Part shown: positions 49,602 through 61,736 of the stretch, in pieces | Numbering within the stretch: the stretch's first letter is position 1 | Layout of the letters: the number at the start of each line of letters is the position of its first letter | NCBI GenBank assembly: GCA_964187785.1 | Contig: OZ076409.1 | Span: forward strand, 32,302,001-32,366,000 | From: Amphiscolops sp. MND2022 | Lineage: Eukaryota | Direction of reading: 5' to 3' | DNA: 64,000 nucleotides | Notes under the pieces: model-generated | What the model was told of the DNA's origin: nothing | Seen by the model: the letters and a program-made list of their open reading frames with translations, nothing else | Databases searched by the model: none | Program-made: the position numbers and the translations under genes

Positions 49602-50502
49602 GTATCTGCTACTTCCATCAGTAGTATTCTTCCAAATGGCGAGGGGTGCCCTATGAATACCAGTAATATGCAATTAAATTGCTTACCCAAACTAACCATT
49701 CAAACTCCTCAACAGCCGCCAATAAACAGTGCAATAAATGGACCATCCGACGTCACACGAAGTTCCGTCGCTGTTGCCTCACATATACATCAAGTGTCAG
49801 TGACGGGGGCTGCCAAAATTCAGCAGCACCCACAACTTATTCAGTTGACGCCATCCTCTCAGTCAGCGACCGCCTCGGGTCTTCCCGTGCATTCTCTAGT
49901 GGCTGCTCCCAATGTCACCAAGGTCCTTCCTGCTGTTGGTCAAGATGGAAGTGCACAAAAAATAGCAATTCCGTCTGTTTCGCATTCTGCGGACACAGCC
50001 CCTATCAAGGTCCAAATTGCGCCTGTAGTTCAACAAGCAGTGTCACACACGTTGCTACAACCAGTTACCGGAGTCTCTCTTGGGGGTTCTAGTTCAAGCG
50101 TTAACTCTACTCCACAGCATCTAACTTGTAACCTGACTGAAGTTAGCTCTGCCAACCGCGAAGCTCAGCCGCCACATCCTGTTTGCAACGGAATCAGAAT
50201 ACAGCCAAGTGTGAGTGTGTCGAATGCACCCATCCAACAAGCTGGCAGTCATCAGAATTCGAACAATGGCAATAAACAACAGCAGATGTTGACATTTCAC
50301 ATAGTGCAGAATCCAAAAACGGGAGCTATCGAGTTTATACCGGTTGGAAATTCAGCAGGCAAGGGTATGACTCAAATCCAAATTATACCAAAACCTATAG
50401 TTCCCAAATCAGATGATGTGTCCAAACCCCTAACTACAGGCGGTAAACTGGCACCGGTCAAAAGTAATGGAAAAGCTACTGAACCCAAGTCGAAAAGTGC
50501 AA
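49602..50502 (+). CDS. AT-hook host protein, exon C
   Basis: TTTTCAG| acceptor, A|GTTAGT donor, phase 0/1. Confidence 0.82.
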
Positions 50503-51130
50503 GTTAGTTGATTTTTTTGTATCTGAAATGTAAAATCCGGACAAAAAATTAAGATTTATTCTTTTTATGCCAGTCGTTCCAAAACTATTGCATTCTATAC
50601 TATTTGTCTTCACTTGTTAAAATATGAATAAATGTGACCAAAGCTTAAAACTTGCTGTTTTCTGGACATGTCGCAGCTCCAAAATTAATTAGTATAAGTG
50701 GGGCTCGAAACGATTGGGCGAACATTCAGTTCATTTTCCCGCCTATCGTTTTTAGTCGGCGCCTTTTGTGAAACAAAATATGCCCGACTCTTACAGTGAC
50801 TAGATTTTTTTCTCCAGACAACAGACATCACACTGAAAGGTCCACTTTTTGTAGAATTTCTCTAGGCCTTCCTCCCTTACTAGAAAGCAATCTCGGATGC
50901 GTCCATAGGGTACCGCCTTTGGTTACCATAGTTTTTGAAGCTTTTTTGCAGAAGGTTTGCTTTTACTGTTTTGTCGGCATTGTGAGACCTTTTTTCGGAA
51001 AGGGCGCCAAAGGGTACCCTCTTTGGTTATTGCACATGACGAAGTCAATGTGCATTGCAGTCCAGCTAAGTAAGTTTTTTTCCACTATAGTCAACTTCAT
51101 AATGGGCGCCTTTTAGAAAAAAGCCAAAAC

Positions 51131-51204
51131 CCCAGAGAGATTCGAACCTGCAGCCTCCCGATTGCACAACATAACATAAGTGTTGACCACTGTGCCATAG
51201 GGAC
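51131..51204 (-). other. Degenerate tRNA-like sequence (SINE head or tRNA pseudogene)
   Basis: A box TGGCACAGTGG and B box GGTTCGAATC; the stems pair poorly. Confidence 0.5.
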
Positions 51205-51966
51205 GTTATTGAACAAAGTTGAACTGTTGAATATATACGCATGCGATTAAAATAATATATATACGCATATTAAAATAATCGATGTCTTTGTCATGTGTTG
51301 CGAAGCACCGCTTCGCCTCTGTGTTTTAATTTTCTGCAACCAACTGGATAAAAATCCCTCTTAAGATTTTTCGGCGCTATGCGACTTATCGAAGACATTT
51401 TTTGAAAAAAATTGAAACCAAAACAGTTTTCCCCACTCAATTTTCGGTTTCTTGGTTTTCTGTCAGGGAAATTTGTTTTCCAAGATAAGGGTGACATCGT
51501 CGGTTATTTTTTGGTCCTGTGGGACTGATGAGAGATTTCTCAATACCCGTGGAAAAAAACCCATGGTTTTTTCGGCACTATGCAACTTTGAAAGAAAAAA
51601 GTTTTTTTCAACATATAGGTTTTTCTGTGTTCAGTTCAAAAGCTATTTTCGAGTCTTAGGGGAACCTCTTCGGGTATTTTTTGGTATGATAATCAAAAAG
51701 TTTCAATGGGTAGCCCCTGAATATTTGCGCCGTTCCCGGCTTGTTTTCCTTTATTGAATATACTTTTCGAGCCATGCTCCTCAGCGCCTATGTATTCATA
51801 AGTTGTTCATAGTTTGTTCTCGGGTTCCTGGATTTTTTTCGGACATAAGACAAGTTTTGTTCTCTGAGGGTAAAATTGAACTTGACTCAGTTCTTGGAAG
51901 CTTGCAGAGAGTCGTAGTCGCTGTGCGAGTTCTGATTATACTCAACGTTTTTCGCGTTCAACCCAC

Positions 51967-52049
51967 AATCGAACCCACAATCCATTTTAAAATAGGCTGA
52001 CTGAAAAATTTTCAGTCAGCCTATTTTAAAATGGATTGTGGGTTCGATT
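51967..52049. repeat. Palindrome with 41-bp perfect arms and a 1-nt spacer (centre 52008)
   Basis: AATCGAACCC...GACTGAAAA-A-TTTTCAGTC...GGGTTCGATT. Confidence 0.95.
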
Positions 52050-52655
52050 TTTTCTCGGGATCAAGTTTTGATTTTACCCTAAACTAATATTGTATATAGC
52101 GTAATGTGATTCGGATGTAATGTACTTATTTCAGATACTGTGCATTTTTCTTGTCTTTTCCACTTCTTGTCAAGCAGAAGGCCATGGTTTCAATTTGAAC
52201 AGTGATTTTCATCTTTTTAAGTGGAACTTATTACACCTATTATAACAGATTCAAAATGGTGACTTTTGGTCCCCAATGGTTTTCGAAATATTTTCAGTTG
52301 AAAATGTTTTGGCATTGTGAGATTCTTGAAAGCCGACTCCGTGGGGCACCGACTTTATACTTTCCTGTTGTCGGATGGTTTTCATGCGCTTAGCAATGAT
52401 TAAGCTCACCTACATCGGTGTATTGATCATTTTGCAATTTCAAGTGTGTTAGGCTTGCAACTCGTAAGCTTTGCGGTAGTGTAAACGAAGCAGTGCTTTG
52501 TCTCGGTATCGAAAAGTTGGTTTGCCACATCGGTTCGGTTTTTTAATACACTTTTGCAATTCGATTCTAAAGAGATTGCTCCTTAAGATTATGCATTACC
52601 ATGTTTAATACCCATGTATTATCACCAAAGCAAGTCAAAATTGTCATCGTTTTAG

Positions 52656-53109
52656 ACACAACCCCTAAGAAACAAGGCAACAACTCTTCTCAGGCGATCA
52701 GTGGTAAGGTTCAGGGCAGAAAGCGCGGTAGACCTCCTACGCGGACTAACTCAGAGATAGACGCGAAGCACAAAGAGGCGGTGGGCAGAGTTACAGCAGC
52801 CTTAAACTCCATAGGGGCCATCGTAAGTCCTGTGTCATCAACTCAAGTGAACACTATAAAGAAAATTACCCCGTTACCTGCTCAAGTAGTGAATGTGAAC
52901 AACATCAACGGGGCAAGTCTCCCAGTTTCCTGTGGGTCTGTCATGAGTAACAAACCTGCAATTATTCTCAATTTGGACCCCATGGCTAAAACAAACAATG
53001 GCGGGGTCGCGACTTTGAAGGTTGCGACTAATGTGGCAAGTGCAGGCATGACTTCTTTAGTTACTACTGTCCAGAAGGCTGATTCACATGCAGCTAAAAG
53101 CGCCGATCC
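52656..53109 (+). CDS. AT-hook host protein, exon D
   Basis: TTTTAG| acceptor, CC|GTAAGT donor, phase 1/2; AT-hook RKRGRPP. Confidence 0.82.
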
Positions 53110-53243
53110 GTAAGTATTTTCTCATTTCAAATGATATTCCATGACAAACTATTCTCATGCAAGAAAAAAGTGACATTAAGACCCGAAGGCAAATAGTCTT
53201 CCATATAGAAAAAACATCCGGAGTTCAAATATCCTAATATCTA

Positions 53244-53385
53244 TAGTAGCGTTCTAAAATATCGCAACCTCTCTGCTTAAAATGGCGAAATTCAAAATCA
53301 AATATCTCGTAAACTGTCTCGAATACGAAACTTTGTAAATTTGCAATTTTAAGCAATGGATTTGCGATATTTTAGAACGCTACTG
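53244..53385. mobile_element. 142-bp Tc1/mariner-type MITE
   Basis: TA|(T)AGTAGCGTTCTAAAATATCGCAA...TTGCGATATTTTAGAACGCTACTG|TA. Confidence 0.8.
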
Positions 53386-53517
53386 TAATAGATACTGACC
53401 GGTCTGTTGTAGATTGAAGCATAATACGCGTAAGGCCTTTCTAAAATTTTTATGCCATTAAAACAATCAAGTTAACACCAATCTATCGAACGGAGTGCTC
53501 GATAGCAATAGTTTTAG

Positions 53518-53629
53518 GCAAATGAAGGGCGCAGCACCTGGCACCAGTATTTCTCACCAGAAAAGTGGATCCAAGAACTCAAAAACTGACGACTTGACCT
53601 CCACTGGCTCCAAGTCAAAGAAGAGTAAC
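53518..53629 (+). CDS. AT-hook host protein, exon E
   Basis: TTTTAG| acceptor, AAC|GTGAGT donor, phase 2/0 (QMKGAAPG...KSKKSN). Confidence 0.72.
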
Positions 53630-54315
53630 GTGAGTTCTTCAGTGATTGACAATGAAACTTGAAAATTTTTCTTGTTAGTTTTGAGCATGACTTTCGAGGT
53701 GATCTTTAGATTTTGTTCCTCGTAATGTTTTTTCCATTAAACAAGAAGAATGGCCCAATTGATTATTTTCCGCGAATTTTGCTGCAGTTGTGAACCACGG
53801 GAGAACAATTGTATATTTTCTCGGAATTATTTCAGACAAATTTCAAAAGAGTTCACTCGATAAAATCAAATTCTACCCCACTTTTACGAAGTTTCTATAT
53901 TCGTGGTTTTGTGGTGTTGCATGTTCAAGTTGTTTGGGTATTTCGTAGTAGTGTATGACTTCAATGCATGCTGATTTGCAAAAAAGCCGTACGTACTAAC
54001 TTCACTAATTTGATAACAAATTTGTTGCTAATGTACGTTCCGGAGAAAGAGAATTTTAGTTTCAAAATATGCACAAAAACGCTTTCGTGATGCAATCTTG
54101 CGAACTCATTCTCTCTTCACCCATGATAATTCTATTGTTGGAACTCTTAAAGTTCAAGTATTCAACTACAAAAATTCAACTACAAATCATTAAAATTGTA
54201 GTTTTCCATATCTACATATCAGCATGTGTTGCGAAGCTCTGCTTTGCCTTACGTCGTCTATTAGTGTGAAAAGAGATTGCACTATCGTCGAGACTGATGC
54301 ATGTTATACAAACAG

Positions 54316-54879
54316 GACGCTCAACTGGTGAACCATCTTCTGCGAATGACTGCAAGTAACGTCGTCTCAGTTCCATTCACGCTTAGTGCTTCGTATATTC
54401 CCTCGTCCATTAAAAAGGAGTTTGATGAAAGTGAAGATGCCCAAATTCCCACTTTAAGGATTTATACGTCTTTGGAACAAGCTGCGCTGCAAAATGACCA
54501 CGTTTCTTCTAATCCAATCCAATTGCCTCCTACAATCGGCCGTATTTCTACAGACTCTAATTCCAATTCTCTGGTACCATCTCAGTATTTGACCTGGCCT
54601 CAAAAAAACAGTGCCAATGCTAACTATGGAATGTACCCCCCGGCTATAAATTTGAAGGTTGTTACTAGCGATTGCGCTGACAAGAAGCACCAGGCTACAA
54701 ATGTAGTGATGCCCCCCATATCGATGTGTAACAGTGCTGCTGCTTCTGGAGCGAGGAATACTTCCTCGCCAAAAAAGACAGCAGAAAGTAAATCTTTGAA
54801 AGCGAAGATTACCAAGAGACTGTCTGTAGATTCTCCTTCACGTGCAGCGCATGGGAAAGCGAATGTTAAAATCTTGCAT
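54316..54879 (+). CDS. AT-hook host protein, exon F
   Basis: AACAG| acceptor, CAT|GTGAGT donor, phase 0/0. The six exons total 3,126 nt (1,042 codons) with no stop. Confidence 0.78.
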
Positions 54880-55554
54880 GTGAGTAATAGTTGAGTTTGG
54901 AATGTTTGTGTTTGTTTGATTCTGCACTTTTGCCATCTGCATTTGTCTGTTGGCGTGATGTTCATATTGATTTGGAGAGCTCTCTCCGATGCATTCTGTC
55001 CATGCTGTTCATATTTTTAGTTTGCTTGAGATGTTAGAGATTACCAGCAACTATGTCGTAACAGATTACTATAATTGCCTCGTTTTGTAACAAAACACTT
55101 CCGATCGTCATTTTCTCGCTCGCGCTAATTAAAAATAGGGCTATTGCGACTTTTTTGAAACGCTTTTTATGGTGTTTAAAGAATGCTCAATTCAAGTAGC
55201 ATTGTCTCTAGAAACTACTTAGCTCGAAAGCTACAACTTTTTCCTTTGTTGTCTCGTTGCTTCCAGGACTATTTTTTCATGTTTGCGAAGGTACACTAAG
55301 TCGAAGATTCCCCTTTGGGTTTTTTCGGCACTTCGACTCATTCGAATTTATTTCATTTCACTAAAGATGGTCTTTAGACGAAACGAGCCGAAGTCTATTG
55401 CCATTCAATTTTCAGGGGCAATTTTCATTTTTTCTGTCAAGAAAAGTGACATTGACCAAATTTTTCAACTTTGAGCCCATATTTTTAGTGGGGATTTTTT
55501 TACATTTTTGCTTAGATATTCAGACTATTCTTGCAAGTTAATATCAGACCAGAC

Positions 55555-55979
55555 ATTGTAAAAAGTCCGGCCGAATACCCGACCTGAAATTTCCTGAAAT
55601 CCGGCCGGATACCGGACCGGACCTGTTGTCCGGTAGACCTCTACTAGTAGCTTGAATGATTTCGAAGATAACTAGCCGATTGATTAGAAACTGGTGTTCA
55701 GATAGGACCTATTAAGTTTTGTAACGGGAGAGGTCTATGTTGCAACATCCGTCAACAAATCATTTTCTCCTGGAAAGTACTCCAGAATCGTGTCGAATTC
55801 TTCTCGAAAAAAGACGTAGAATATAACATAGAATTATATATGGGCATCAAAAAATTGAATTTATGGCCGTGAATCAAAATTCATCAACTGGCGGTGGAAT
55901 AATAGTTTTCACCTGTCTGTGGTAAGTCTGCTTTAATCAGACCGACCGGTCGGAAATTTTTCTGTCCGGTGCCCCTCTA
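55555..55979. mobile_element. Possible hAT-MITE fragments (two ends, ...CCGGTAGACCTCTA and ...CCGGTGCCCCTCTA)
   Basis: CCGG-rich subterminal repeats ending in CCTCTA at 55643 and 55979; no TSD found. Confidence 0.3.
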
Positions 55980-56654
55980 GCTATTGCCATGATGGGTAAA
56001 TACGAGTAGTAAGGGAAGGGGGGTTTGGAGCCACTTTTGGATCCCTGATCTTAATACATGCAGTTCTCATCGAAGCTTAGATACTTCTGTAGAACCACTT
56101 TTGGATCCCTAATCTTAATACTTTGACAATTGAATGTTTGATGTTTTGACTGCTCAAACCTCCACAGACAGCTGTTCAAACATAAAATGTTTGTTTTATC
56201 AACTTTCAGCTTCATATATTCTGATAATATATTGAAATCGCGAATATTATTCAACTATCGAACTGAATCGATCCTTCTTTACATGAAAATGAACCAATTT
56301 GAATATCAATTAAATTGAATGGACTTCTGAAAATGTCAAAAAATTCCGACTAATTTCAAAAATATCCAATTTTTTTCACCTACCGAGAAAATACAGTGAA
56401 AATTGATGTGATAATTTTTCATGCGCTATGAAGTTCTGCGAATTTCAAAAATTGATGAATATCGATTTTTTATAAATGACGATTTTGCTGTTATGGACCA
56501 TTCTAAAACTTAACTTTATGGATTCCAATCAAATTCAATATTTGCTTGGTACAACAATATGAGCTTTTGAGAACATTGGGATTCACGAGAACTGAAATTT
56601 CAAATCATTGAAGATTTGTTATTGAATTTGTCTGGTTGAAAAAGTCTTTGTTGA

Positions 56655-59600
56655 ATGAGAGAAATGGTGATTTTTGAAAAAGGCCACATCGATGCCAAGA
56701 CTGTTCCAAACATTTCGCGTCCAAACAAACCTTGTATGAGCATATTCGAAAGCAACATCAAAAAGAACCAATTTTATCCCTCTCAAAGTTTCGATGTGGT
56801 CATTGTCCCACCGAATGTAGTTCCACGCGCAATATTCTTCGCCATTTGAAGAACCTACATAATTTGAAAGGAAATTTCAAATGGTTTTGTTGTACAAGTT
56901 TTTTGAAGAGCAAGAAGCATTCAATACTCATTCTCATGCAGTCACTGTGGGCCCCAGTATTACTAGAAGATCTGATTTTGACGAGAGTGCAAAGATAGGT
57001 GACATCAAAACAGCTCTCAACGCTACGTTCACAATCTATCGTTTGGAATTGAAGCCATCGGCTATAGAACCGTTCCATTAGCTGGTGTCCAACACAAATC
57101 AAATTCTGTGTTGTGTCAACGGAAAATTGCCAGAGAATGGGTCCACTAGAGTTGGTCTGACTATTCAGGTTCGGTTGTTGAAACCATTGGAGGGAGAAAC
57201 AGTAGTTGTCTACTTTAATACCCGTATGGAACGTCTGGATCATGAACTTGATGAAGATGATTTCAACAATTTCGTTGATCAGCTTATCTCTCAATTGAAT
57301 GTTTATTATTCTGGTGGTTCTGACTGGGTAGTGGAGACTCTACTCGCTGTAGAAGTCAAGGTTGCACCTCCTGTTCGAGAATCAGGCTCCTCTTTCATTC
57401 CAACGCCTCCTATATTAAGTGGACTCACAAGAAGTATTTTGAATGTCGAAAACAAAAAAATGTTTTCTGTATTCAGTATTGGCAGCATTGCATCCTCAGA
57501 AAAAAGACCGTGACCGACCTTCTGCTTATCTTAACTTGCTTGACAAAATGGAATACCGAATGCAAGACTTTCCTATGTGTCTCAGTAAAATACTCTTCTT
57601 TGAGAAAAGAAATAATGTTTCCATTACAGTGTCTCGCTTCGATCATGACAAGCTACACAATGTTTACCATTCTAAAACCCGAGCCAGTCTAAAAAAGATT
57701 AAGCTACTTTTGCTGATGGATGGAACTAAAAATCACTATTGTCTCATCAAAAACTTCTCGAACTTGATGCATAAGCTGAATCGGTCATCCTAAAAGTGCA
57801 CCAAAGGTCCAAAAAGCAGGTTTTGCGGAAATTGTTTTCAACCAGTTATCCGTGAAAGCTATGGAAAACACGTAGAGTTTTGTGAATACCACAAACCTCT
57901 GGAAATTCAAATGCCTAGTGAATCTCAGACAGTATCCTTCAGTAGTTGGCAAAAAACAATGGTGCCCGGTTGTTGTTTACACAGACTTGGAAAGCAATCG
58001 ATGTTCCCAGAACAAGTGATAGCTCTATCGCTTCTAATGCTACAGAGATTAAACGACAGTATTCAGCCAGTTTTGGAGCAGTTCTTTTCGACCAACAAAA
58101 GAGCGCTTTGGTGAAAAGTGCTTTCTACAGAGGACCAGAATGTATTGATCGTCTGATGGAAAGTTTAAGAGACTGGTTGCTTTGGAAGTACTCGCAAAAG
58201 CACCGTATCCTGAAGATTTCAAGAGTCGAGCGAGAACAATTGATGAGCGACCCAAATCGGATTGTTGTATTTGTGGCGTTTGTCGACAGTGTTCACAAAG
58301 TTATTCATCATTGGCATGTCACTGATCAAATTTTCGGTGTTGCGCACGCAGAATGCAACTGGAAAGCACGCTCAGTCTTATTCTTGCCGGTTTTTTTCCA
58401 TAACCTTGCTCGTTATGATGCCTATTATTAAAAACCTAAACCTTAAAAATTGAGCGATTGTGTGCTATTTCTAGAACGGATGAAGTGTACATCTCCTTCA
58501 GTGTTTCAATCCCAGTTGGTTTTTACAAAACAAAAAAGGGGCATATTGTCAAAGTTTTGAACACTTTGAGATTTTTGGACAGCTTTCAATTCAAGTCCCA
58601 GAGCTTAGATTCTCTAGCAAAAACGTTGAAGAAGGAGGATTTTGCTCTTCTCAAACACTACTTCACTAAAACCAGTCCCAACAATGACTGGACTCTTCTC
58701 TGCGAAAAAGGATTTTTCCCCTATAGATCTCTCGATTCATTTGCAAAATTCAATCAACCCCTGGGTAAATTGATGTCACTAAAGATCAGTACCAGAAAGC
58801 ATTGGATCTTTATAACTCATTCGAATGCCGCTCTCTGGGTGACTACCACGATATATATGGAAACTGATGTTTTAATATTGGCCGATGTGTTCCTTTTGTT
58901 CAGGCAGGTTTGCATGAAGGTTTATTCTCTTGATCCAGCACATTTTTTCTCAGCACTTAATTTAAGCTGGGAAGTAATGTTGATTACGACAAGGGTCACA
59001 CTGGGCCTTCTGACAGATATCGACATGTTGTTTTTCGAAAAAGGCATTCGAGGAGGAATAAATGGAATCGGTGAACTACGGCACTTTGTAGCCAACAACA
59101 AACATCTTGGTTCCTTTGATGTTAGTCAGCCTTCAGTGCATGGAGCCTTCTTCTATGTGACTTCTATCTACGCTGGCACCATGCAGCAAACACTTCCTTT
59201 AGATCCTTATTCGTGGAATGAGACTATTACGCTCGCTAAGGACCTCAATACTAGTGACGTTTCTCCATTTTGCTATTTTGTTGAAGTTGATTTGGATTAT
59301 CCTATTGAGCTACACGATTCTCACAATGATTTGCCACTTGCACCAGAGAAATTATCAAATCAGCAATCCTGGTTATCCCTTTGCAGAAAGCGTTGGAGTC
59401 AAAATTGCATCTGAGGCTCTGAAAGCTAATCGAGACGCTTTTTGACAAGCAAAATTATGTCTGCCACTATCGAAATTTAAAGTTTTACTTGAAGCATGGA
59501 CTCAAAGTCAAACAACTTCGCTCTGTTTAGCAATTCAGACAATGCAAATGCCTTGGTGATTACATAAAGAAAAACACAGTCATGAGAAAACAAGCTGCTA

Positions 59601-60436
59601 ACGACTTTGAGAAAAAATTTTTATAAATTAATGAGTAACGCTTGTTTTGGCAAGACTATGAAAAACCTTCGTAATCGGCGAGAGATAGTTTTTGCCAAAA
59701 GTATAAAAGTGTAAACGACAAAACAGTGTAAACGACAAAAAGCAAGCCGAAACCGATTTGCAAAAGCCAAACTTCAAGGGGTTTCAAATAGTTCACGATA
59801 CTTTAGTATCAATCACTCTCTCTCTCGACAAAATAGATTGGAGTAAACCAACTCCAGTTGGTGCCTCTATCCTTGACCTGTCCAAGCTTTGCCTCTATCG
59901 CTTTCATTTTGAAGAAATGAAACCCCGCTATGGTGATCGCTTGAAGGTTTGCTACAAGGATACGGATTCGTTACATTATCGAATAGAAACAAACGTTTTA
60001 TACAGTGAAATGCGTGGCTTTAAACACTTGCTGGTCTTATCTTACGATCCTGAGACACATTTTTGCATGACAAATCCAACATAAAGGTGCCATTGACAAT
60101 GACTGACGAACTGCAAGGGAAAATACTGACTGAGATTGTGTGCCTCCGATCCAAATTGTATAGTATACAGTTCGATGGTGGCGTGAAGCAAAGTGCAAAA
60201 GGTATCCAGAAGAGCGTGAAGACTCTACATCATGATCTTTTCAAATCATGTCTCTTTGATAAGCAGTCAGTGAGAAAATCACTGACCCAATTGCGTTCTA
60301 CCAATTATCAAAATGTTGTCATCCGAGTGAACAAAATAGCTGAGTTGTTTTGACGACAAGAGATCTACTAGAGGATGGATTGAGGTCTTTGGCTTTTGGA
60401 CATTTTTATCTTCGAAATTCCCCGGCACTTGGTTAG
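56655..60436 (+). pseudogene. Protein-primed DNA polymerase B with N-terminal C2H2 fingers and an Endonuclease VII-like insert
   Basis: GGSDW...SFIPTP...ILNVEN-KCFLYSVLAALHP; HHWHVT...VAHAECN; FHNLARYD; LRFLDSF; KLMSNACFGKTM; YKDTDS; many frameshifts. Confidence 0.94.
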
Positions 60437-61198
60437 TTTCGCTTCATTAGGTGAGCCAAGGCTTTGATGGCGAATATTCACAACTCAATTGTTTTCGTTT
60501 TTGACAGAAAGTGGCCATTCCTTCGAGTCTGAAAGCGAACAAAGTTCATCGTCGAATCCGAATGTCTTGAGCGACAATGACGAACGTGAAAGCGATTCTT
60601 GTTCATCTTTAATGTCCTCGAACCATGTGCGAGCAACCGGAACTCCTTTTCTGCAGTCCTTAGCTGAAGCCAATTGTCAATTCAGTAATACTTTATACTG
60701 CTTTGAAATAATGTTTGTGTGGCACATTATTAATTGTAAATGTTTCAGGTCCCCCGGATCCTGGTTTTCACCAGCAAGCACAAGCGGATAGTGAGGATAA
60801 TGAATCTTGTATGGATTGGGACAAGTACGAAGAGATTGTGGCTGCAGAAGAACAAAAGCAATCCAAACGTGCAAAATGTCCATTCATTGATGACGAGGAA
60901 ATCGAAACAAGTGACTATAGTGACTGTGAAGTTGTTATCTAGAAGAAGAAACGTGCTCAACGCCTAGTCTCGTATAGTGACAGCTCAAGTTCAGTATTTG
61001 ATTAGAAAATGGAACAGAAAAAACACTTGTTTTTAAAGATTTGTATTTAACTCTTGTACTACATACAATTTCAACAGCCCACATTTTTTTAGGAATAATG
61101 AAGAATATATTTGAAATTTTGCATTCAATGTGAATTGGAGAATCTAACCAAGTCAATTTCAGTTTTCGTTACTGCGAAACATTGAATAACTAGTTGTT

Positions 61199-61700
61199 TC
61201 AATGATTTGAGACGATCATCAAGCAGTCGGCCAAAATTGTAAGCCATATATAGGCAATATAATGCGCACAAGTTCGAGCTATGATTTTGGAGGGGATTTT
61301 TATCTGAAAATTTTCATCAACTGGACGTGTAATTTTTTGTAGACGCCGGTTGAAGTTTGTATAGTTGGATAAATTTTGTCCCAAGCAATCCCAAACACAA
61401 ACAATTGTGCCTTTCAGCCATTTTTTATTCGCACTTGCTTCTCGTTTTCCTTTCTTCGATTTGATCTTGCTCCTCGATTCAATTGTAATGAGACACATCA
61501 GGAGCCAATGCTGACCAATTTCTCCCGCTTTTGATGTATTAACTAATTGAGAGAAAAATGTTGAATGTGGAGATTTTTGCGATCGTAGGTAACACTCTTT
61601 CAAGTCCTTGTCTGAGAGAATTGTTTGCAGAAACGATGCCAAAGCATTTATTGGAAATTGTGGGACAACAATTTTGTGTGATGGGCATCAGAGTTTCATT
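61199..61700 (-). pseudogene. Adenain-like cysteine protease
   Basis: VNTS...GQHW, WDCLG, Q...TCAHY. Confidence 0.8.
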
Positions 61701-61736
61701 ATCCATTGATTAGTAGCCAGAGTTTTTCAGAATGTT

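Noticed and set aside
51131-51204. Functional tRNA gene
   Set aside because: The acceptor and T stems do not pair properly and no clear anticodon arm can be drawn.
53413-53460. Alternative exon E acceptor at 53412
   Set aside because: Gives an in-frame stop after 16 codons; the 53517 acceptor keeps the frame open to a proper donor.
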